Source of the DNA: an uncultured bacterium
GTDB taxonomy: Bacteria > Zhuqueibacterota > Zhuqueibacteria > Thermofontimicrobiales > Thermofontimicrobiaceae
Assembly: GCA_965603055.1 (NCBI GenBank)
Contig: CBFDBN010000001.1
Location: 1-31,580, forward strand
Length of the DNA stretch: 31,580 bases
Reading direction: 5' to 3'
The position numbers and the translations under genes were made by a program. Below, piece by piece: positions 27,614 to 31,580 of this stretch. The notes beneath the pieces are model-generated. The model did no database searches. It saw only the letters and a program-made list of their open reading frames with translations, and was not told the DNA's origin. How positions within the stretch are numbered: position 1 is the stretch's first letter; each line of letters starts with the position of its first letter.

Positions 27614-27870
27614 GGATATTTGAGTCGTGTTAAAAAAAAAGGATGATTTGACGGCGCGGGAGCTTCTGTTGTGTATGGGATTGAATCTAATGCAGTACTC
27701 CGAATGTATACCTCGACTATCCATCCGGTTTTATTCCATTGTTGATATAGAAGTATTTTTATAATTAATTTTGATAATAAATTTCGATGACAATTTTATT
27801 TAAAAAGATTTTCTGTAAGTATGTCGGTTGGTTTGTATACTAATTAAGATATGAATTTGTTGGAAGTTGT

Positions 27871-28728
27871 ATGGCTAAGAAAAAGAAAGTTGTAGGATCG
27901 CGAACGAAACAGTCTATTGAAAAATATCTTGAGGAGATCGGTGGTTTCTCTCCACTCAAACCTGAAGAGGAGATTGACCTGGCAAGAAGGATCCGAAGGG
28001 GCGATGAAGAGGCATTGGATATGCTGGTCAAAGCCAATTTACGGTTTGTCATCAGCGTGGCAAAGGAATACCAGGGACAGGGATTACCGCTGCAGGATCT
28101 TATCAGTGAAGGGAATCTTGGACTAATTAAAGCCGCTCAACGTTTTGATGAGACTCGCGGTTTTAAATTTATCTCCTATGCCGTCTGGTGGATTCGGCAA
28201 TCCATCTTGCAGGCACTGGCTGAGCAATCCCGGGTGGTTCGGCTGCCGCTTAATCGAGTTGGCGCCATTAATAAAATTGGACGCGCCCTGGAATCATTAG
28301 AAAAAACGTTCGGCAGGGAACCCAGCATGGATGAAGTCGCCACCAGGATGGAAATGTCCACTTTTGAGGTCGCCGACGTTATTAAAACGTCGGCCCGGCA
28401 TCTCTCCCTGGATGAGCCGTTCAAAGAAGAAGCTGGCAATAGCCTGCTGGATGTAATCGAGAGTGATCGCTACAGCCCGCCTGACAATACCTTGATGAAA
28501 GAATCATTGCAGGTGGAGGTCGAAAAAATCTTATCTACGCTGAAACCAAGAGAAGCCGAGATTATTCGACTTTATTTTGGACTTGAAGGCGATCGTCCTT
28601 TAACGCTTGAAGAAATCGGTGAGCATTTTCGATTGACCCGGGAACGGGTGCGCCAAATTAAGGAAAAAGCATTAAGGCGACTCAGACATCGGTCCCGTTT
28701 GGAACCGTTGAGAAAATATCTTGGATAG
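27871..28728 (+). CDS. rpoD: Sigma70-family RpoD/SigA-type sigma factor lacking region 1.1 (short FCB type), 285 aa
   Basis: YLEEIG, LVKANLRFVISVAKEY, DLISEGNLGLIKAAQRFDETRGFKFISYAVWWIRQSI, TLEEIGEHFRLTRERVRQIKEKALRRLR. Confidence 0.95.
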   Translation: MAKKKKVVGSRTKQSIEKYLEEIGGFSPLKPEEEIDLARRIRRGDEEALDMLVKANLRFVISVAKEYQGQGLPLQDLISEGNLGLIKAAQRFDETRGFKFISYAVWWIRQSILQALAEQSRVVRLPLNRVGAINKIGRALESLEKTFGREPSMDEVATRMEMSTFEVADVIKTSARHLSLDEPFKEEAGNSLLDVIESDRYSPPDNTLMKESLQVEVEKILSTLKPREAEIIRLYFGLEGDRPLTLEEIGEHFRLTRERVRQIKEKALRRLRHRSRLEPLRKYLG

Positions 28729-28755
28729 AAAATTTTATCCAGAAATAAACAATAG

Positions 28756-28787
28756 AGCCCTCTGGTGATGCACCGAGGGCTTTTTTT
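28756..28787 (+). terminator. Rho-independent terminator after the sigma gene
   Basis: Stem agccctc..ggtg/cacc.gagggct followed by a T7 tract. Confidence 0.85.
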
Positions 28788-28850
28788 ATTTGATTTTGGG
28801 TAAAAGTTCACTTTTAACCATGTAAATATTTTCATTCATAAAAAATATCA

Positions 28851-28930
28851 AACCGCGGAGTTCGCAGAGAAACGCAGAGAGAAAAATAGATAAAAAAATA
28901 ACTCTGCGATCTCGGCGTACTCAGCGGTTA
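28851..28930. repeat. 9-nt-period REP-like element with both inverted arms
   Basis: aaccgcggagttcgcagagaaacgcagaga (28851-28880), A-rich spacer, ctctgcgatctcggcgtactcagcggtt (28902-28929). Confidence 0.88.
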
Positions 28931-28940
28931 GGAGTTTTTG

Positions 28941-28964
28941 AATTGTTAACAATTATGATATAAT
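28941..28964 (+). promoter_or_regulatory. Extended -10 promoter with a perfect 14-bp palindrome just upstream (candidate operator)
   Basis: aattgttaacaatt (28941-28954); TG-A-TATAAT (28956-28964). Confidence 0.5.
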
Positions 28965-29045
28965 AAAATAATATTATGCTGAACTCAATCAAATATTGGT
29001 CGTTTAAGGTGATAAGATTAATAGGTATTTAAAAAGGAAAAAAAC

Positions 29046-29459
29046 GTGATCGAAACTGGAGTTGTCAATAAAATCGAAAAAGATATCGCCTGGGTGACGA
29101 TGATAAAAGGCGAACAGTGTGCCGGCTGTACCGCCTGTAATGCTTTTGGCGAAGGGAGCTTTGAATTGGTGGCGCTGAATGACCCGGGAGCAAAGGTGGG
29201 GGATAAAGTAGAAGTCGAGATCAATCCCAGGCAGGTTATCAAACATTCCACCATTGTATTTTTACTCCCGGTGTTGAGTTTAATCATCGGCTATTTTTTA
29301 GGCAATTCCTATCTCACGCTGATAGGATTATCCCTGGAAGCTGCTGGGATTATCGGCAGCCTGGGGCTGATGATCCTTACATTTTTCGCTATTATCGGTT
29401 ATGATCGAATTATCAGCAGGTCTCAGCAAGTGAATGCCCGTATTAACCGGCTTTTGTAG
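29046..29459 (+). CDS. rseC: RseC/MucC-family (SoxR-reducing system) membrane protein, 137 aa
   Basis: E.G.V...., CxxCxxC (CAGCTAC), GAKVGDKVEV, followed by two TM helices with an LP motif. Confidence 0.88.
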   Translation: MIETGVVNKIEKDIAWVTMIKGEQCAGCTACNAFGEGSFELVALNDPGAKVGDKVEVEINPRQVIKHSTIVFLLPVLSLIIGYFLGNSYLTLIGLSLEAAGIIGSLGLMILTFFAIIGYDRIISRSQQVNARINRLL

Positions 29460-29493
29460 CTGGAAGCAATTTTTAAGACTGTGGAGTTACCGT

Positions 29494-31580
29494 TTGCGTT
29501 GTCTTTTTTATCGAAAAATTTTGATAATATTATTAGTCGGGTTCTTCTCGACTGGCGATGATGTTGTGGGAAATGATGTGATTGTTAAAACGCTATCAGA
29601 CCAGGGAATGGTCATTGAATTTTCTCCGCAACAGTGGATGATAAAACCGGAAATCGTTAATGGAAAATCATATTACAAAATTAATTTTGATAATTGTGCT
29701 TTTAGAACGTCAACGGGTCAGCCTTTAATTCCCGGGCGAACCATCGTTGTGGGAATTCCCTTTGAAGCCAGGGTTTCAGTCGAATTATTGGAATCTGAAA
29801 AAAATAAAACAGTTGAAGGAAAATTATTACCGACCCCCGGTTTTGAGCGTCACACCATTGCTGAAATCGCGTATCGAGAAGATCAGGCAATCTACCAGGC
29901 AGGGCAGCTATTTCCCCGTCAATTAGTTGAAATATCTCCCCCGGCCATCTTTCGGGATCAGCAGGTTGTATTGGTGAGCTTTTATCCAGTGCAATATTTC
30001 CCACAGGGGGAGCAGATCCAATTGTATGATCGGATTCAAGTTCGACTCATTTTTTTTGGTGGTCAGCGTGAAGAACATTTTGAAACCCGGTTGGATAATG
30101 ACCTGTTAAATAATCAGTTAATAATTAATCCTGACCAGGCTTTAAAATGGCGAAAAACCAGAATATCAAAAAAACAAACAAAATTAAGGAAGATATTTTT
30201 AGAAGAATATTATAAAATCTGGATTCATGAGGAAGGGATTTATAAGATTTTTGGGACCGATTTAAAAGAGGCTGGAATCGAACTCAGCGACATCAAGCCA
30301 AATCGAATAAAGCTGTTTAATAATGGTGGATTTCAACTGCCATACGCAATTTACGAAGGGCGTCCTGACAGCTTGATTGAGAATGCAGTTTTTGTATCTG
30401 ATGGGGGAGATAGTTCATTTGATTCCCAGGATTATATTTTATTTTATGGCAAATCTGTAAATGGCTGGAAATATGATCGAGAACAGCAAAGATTTTCTCA
30501 TTATCTTCATCCCTATACAAAGGAGAATGTTTATTGGCTCTGCTGGCAGCATCCCGATTCCGGGAAAAGAATGATCTGTGAAGCTGTTACGCCTGCCACT
30601 TCAGTTACAGAGATCAACAGCTTTTATGATCATCATTATGTTGAAAACGAGTATAAAAATCTATTAAATTCAGGGACAACCTGGCTGGGAAATTATTTTA
30701 GCGCTGCTAATCCAGAAAGAAATTATATATTTGATCTCCCTGGTGTTTCACAAAAAAAGGAAGCGATGGTCAACGTCAACCTGGCAGGGATTTCTGGCGG
30801 CGAACAAAATTTTTCGCTGTATTTAAATGATGCTTATGTTGCCGGGGTACCAGCGTTTTATAGCAGCACCGGGGAATATCTAAATATCAAAATGAAACAA
30901 TTCCAGACTACTTTTCAGGTCGGTTTACAAGATGGCTATAATCGATTGAGCGTTAAATATTCATCAGGCAATGATATCAGCCTTGCCTATATGGACTGGA
31001 TTGAATTATCTGTTCATCGGCAATTGAAAGCAAAGGAAGATCAACTGGTATTTTATAGTCCTGATTCGATTGGTTTTTATAAATACCAGCTCCATTCATT
31101 TTCTTCGGATGAGATTGAAGTTTATGATGTAACAAATTTTTATGATGTTTCTCGGTTGAAAATTAATACAGTTAGCAACGGTGCTGTTGAATTTTTGGAT
31201 TCGACAAATTCATATATTCCGAAAAAATATTTAGCCATAACTCCAGGATTGTACCAGTCACCCATCAAAATTGAAATAGACATACCTTCTGATTGGCACA
31301 ATACTCAAAATACGGCTGATTTTATCATCATCAGCTATGATGATTTTTATGATGCAGCGTTAGCCTTAAAAAGTTTACGTGAAAATTGTGATAGCCTGAA
31401 CACGGCAGTAGTGAAAATTAGCGATGTCTATGATGAGTTTTCCTGGGGCTTGGTCGATCCGACTGCCATACGTGATTTCATCAAATATGCTTATGATAAT
31501 TGGCAAAAGCCGCCAAATTATGTTTTGCTGTTTGGTGATGGGGATTATGATTATAAAAATATCATTTCGTCTCATGATCC
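29494..31580 (+). CDS. porU: PorU-type C25 (gingipain-family) T9SS sortase, 3'-partial
   Basis: Absent from the ORF track; frame open from 29434 to the window end. Signal peptide after TTG 29494 (GGAG RBS). Propeptide GQPLIPG and FRDQQVVLVSFYPVQY; YKIWIHEEGIYKI, NGGFQLP, DYILFYG, HPYTKENVYWL, ADFIII, VYDEFSWGLVDPTAIRDFIKY, YVLLFGDGDYDYKN. Confidence 0.9.
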   Translation, partial: MRCLFYRKILIILLVGFFSTGDDVVGNDVIVKTLSDQGMVIEFSPQQWMIKPEIVNGKSYYKINFDNCAFRTSTGQPLIPGRTIVVGIPFEARVSVELLESEKNKTVEGKLLPTPGFERHTIAEIAYREDQAIYQAGQLFPRQLVEISPPAIFRDQQVVLVSFYPVQYFPQGEQIQLYDRIQVRLIFFGGQREEHFETRLDNDLLNNQLIINPDQALKWRKTRISKKQTKLRKIFLEEYYKIWIHEEGIYKIFGTDLKEAGIELSDIKPNRIKLFNNGGFQLPYAIYEGRPDSLIENAVFVSDGGDSSFDSQDYILFYGKSVNGWKYDREQQRFSHYLHPYTKENVYWLCWQHPDSGKRMICEAVTPATSVTEINSFYDHHYVENEYKNLLNSGTTWLGNYFSAANPERNYIFDLPGVSQKKEAMVNVNLAGISGGEQNFSLYLNDAYVAGVPAFYSSTGEYLNIKMKQFQTTFQVGLQDGYNRLSVKYSSGNDISLAYMDWIELSVHRQLKAKEDQLVFYSPDSIGFYKYQLHSFSSDEIEVYDVTNFYDVSRLKINTVSNGAVEFLDSTNSYIPKKYLAITPGLYQSPIKIEIDIPSDWHNTQNTADFIIISYDDFYDAALALKSLRENCDSLNTAVVKISDVYDEFSWGLVDPTAIRDFIKYAYDNWQKPPNYVLLFGDGDYDYKNIISSHD

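Noticed and set aside
27614-27870. Possible tRNA or structured ncRNA between rpsU and the sigma gene
   Set aside because: No cloverleaf, T-loop or recognisable Rfam-like pattern; only weak ggatg/catcc complementarity.
4402-28930. CRISPR array
   Set aside because: Repeats are 7-15 nt, degenerate and dispersed. There are no regularly spaced 23-47 nt repeats with unique spacers and no cas genes.
342-31575. Numerous short antisense or alternate-frame ORFs in the track (e.g. 2039-2488, 3528-3845, 5180-5578, 12686-13156, 28176-28439, 29702-30004)
   Set aside because: They are shadows of well-supported genes on the other strand or frame and carry no motifs.

Overview
This is an AT-rich chromosomal window from an FCB-associated bacterium. 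KSB1/Calditrichota-like is an inference from a PorU sortase, a DUF4835/PorD protein, PorV-like barrels, a short 285-aa sigma70, and Shine-Dalgarno and canonical -35/-10 use. A partial sensor kinase (-) and an MFS transporter (+) open the window. A ~17.3-kb all-minus-strand run (20946->3650) follows: barrel-ComEA fusion, HhH-barrel protein, DUF6913-like protein, GAF-GGDEF cyclase, M1 peptidase, radical SAM, UPF0104 flippase-like protein, GT2, deacetylase, a hidden pseudogene, two more GT2s, a second radical SAM and a PilZ protein. The rest is DUF4835/PorD, an Ig-like lipoprotein, a short family-5 solute-binding protein plus Cache kinase, rpsU, rpoD-type sigma, rseC and the 5' part of porU. No rRNA, tRNA, CRISPR array or transposase was seen. 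Most intergenic gaps carry short-period (7, 8, 9 nt) or REP-like repeats from at least five families. The best leads are the paired HhH/beta-barrel genes, the GT2x3/deacetylase/flippase/rSAMx2 tailoring module bracketed by c-di-GMP genes, the hairpin-flanked antitoxin-like remnant, and the repeat families. All family assignments come from manual motif reading and recall, not database searches.
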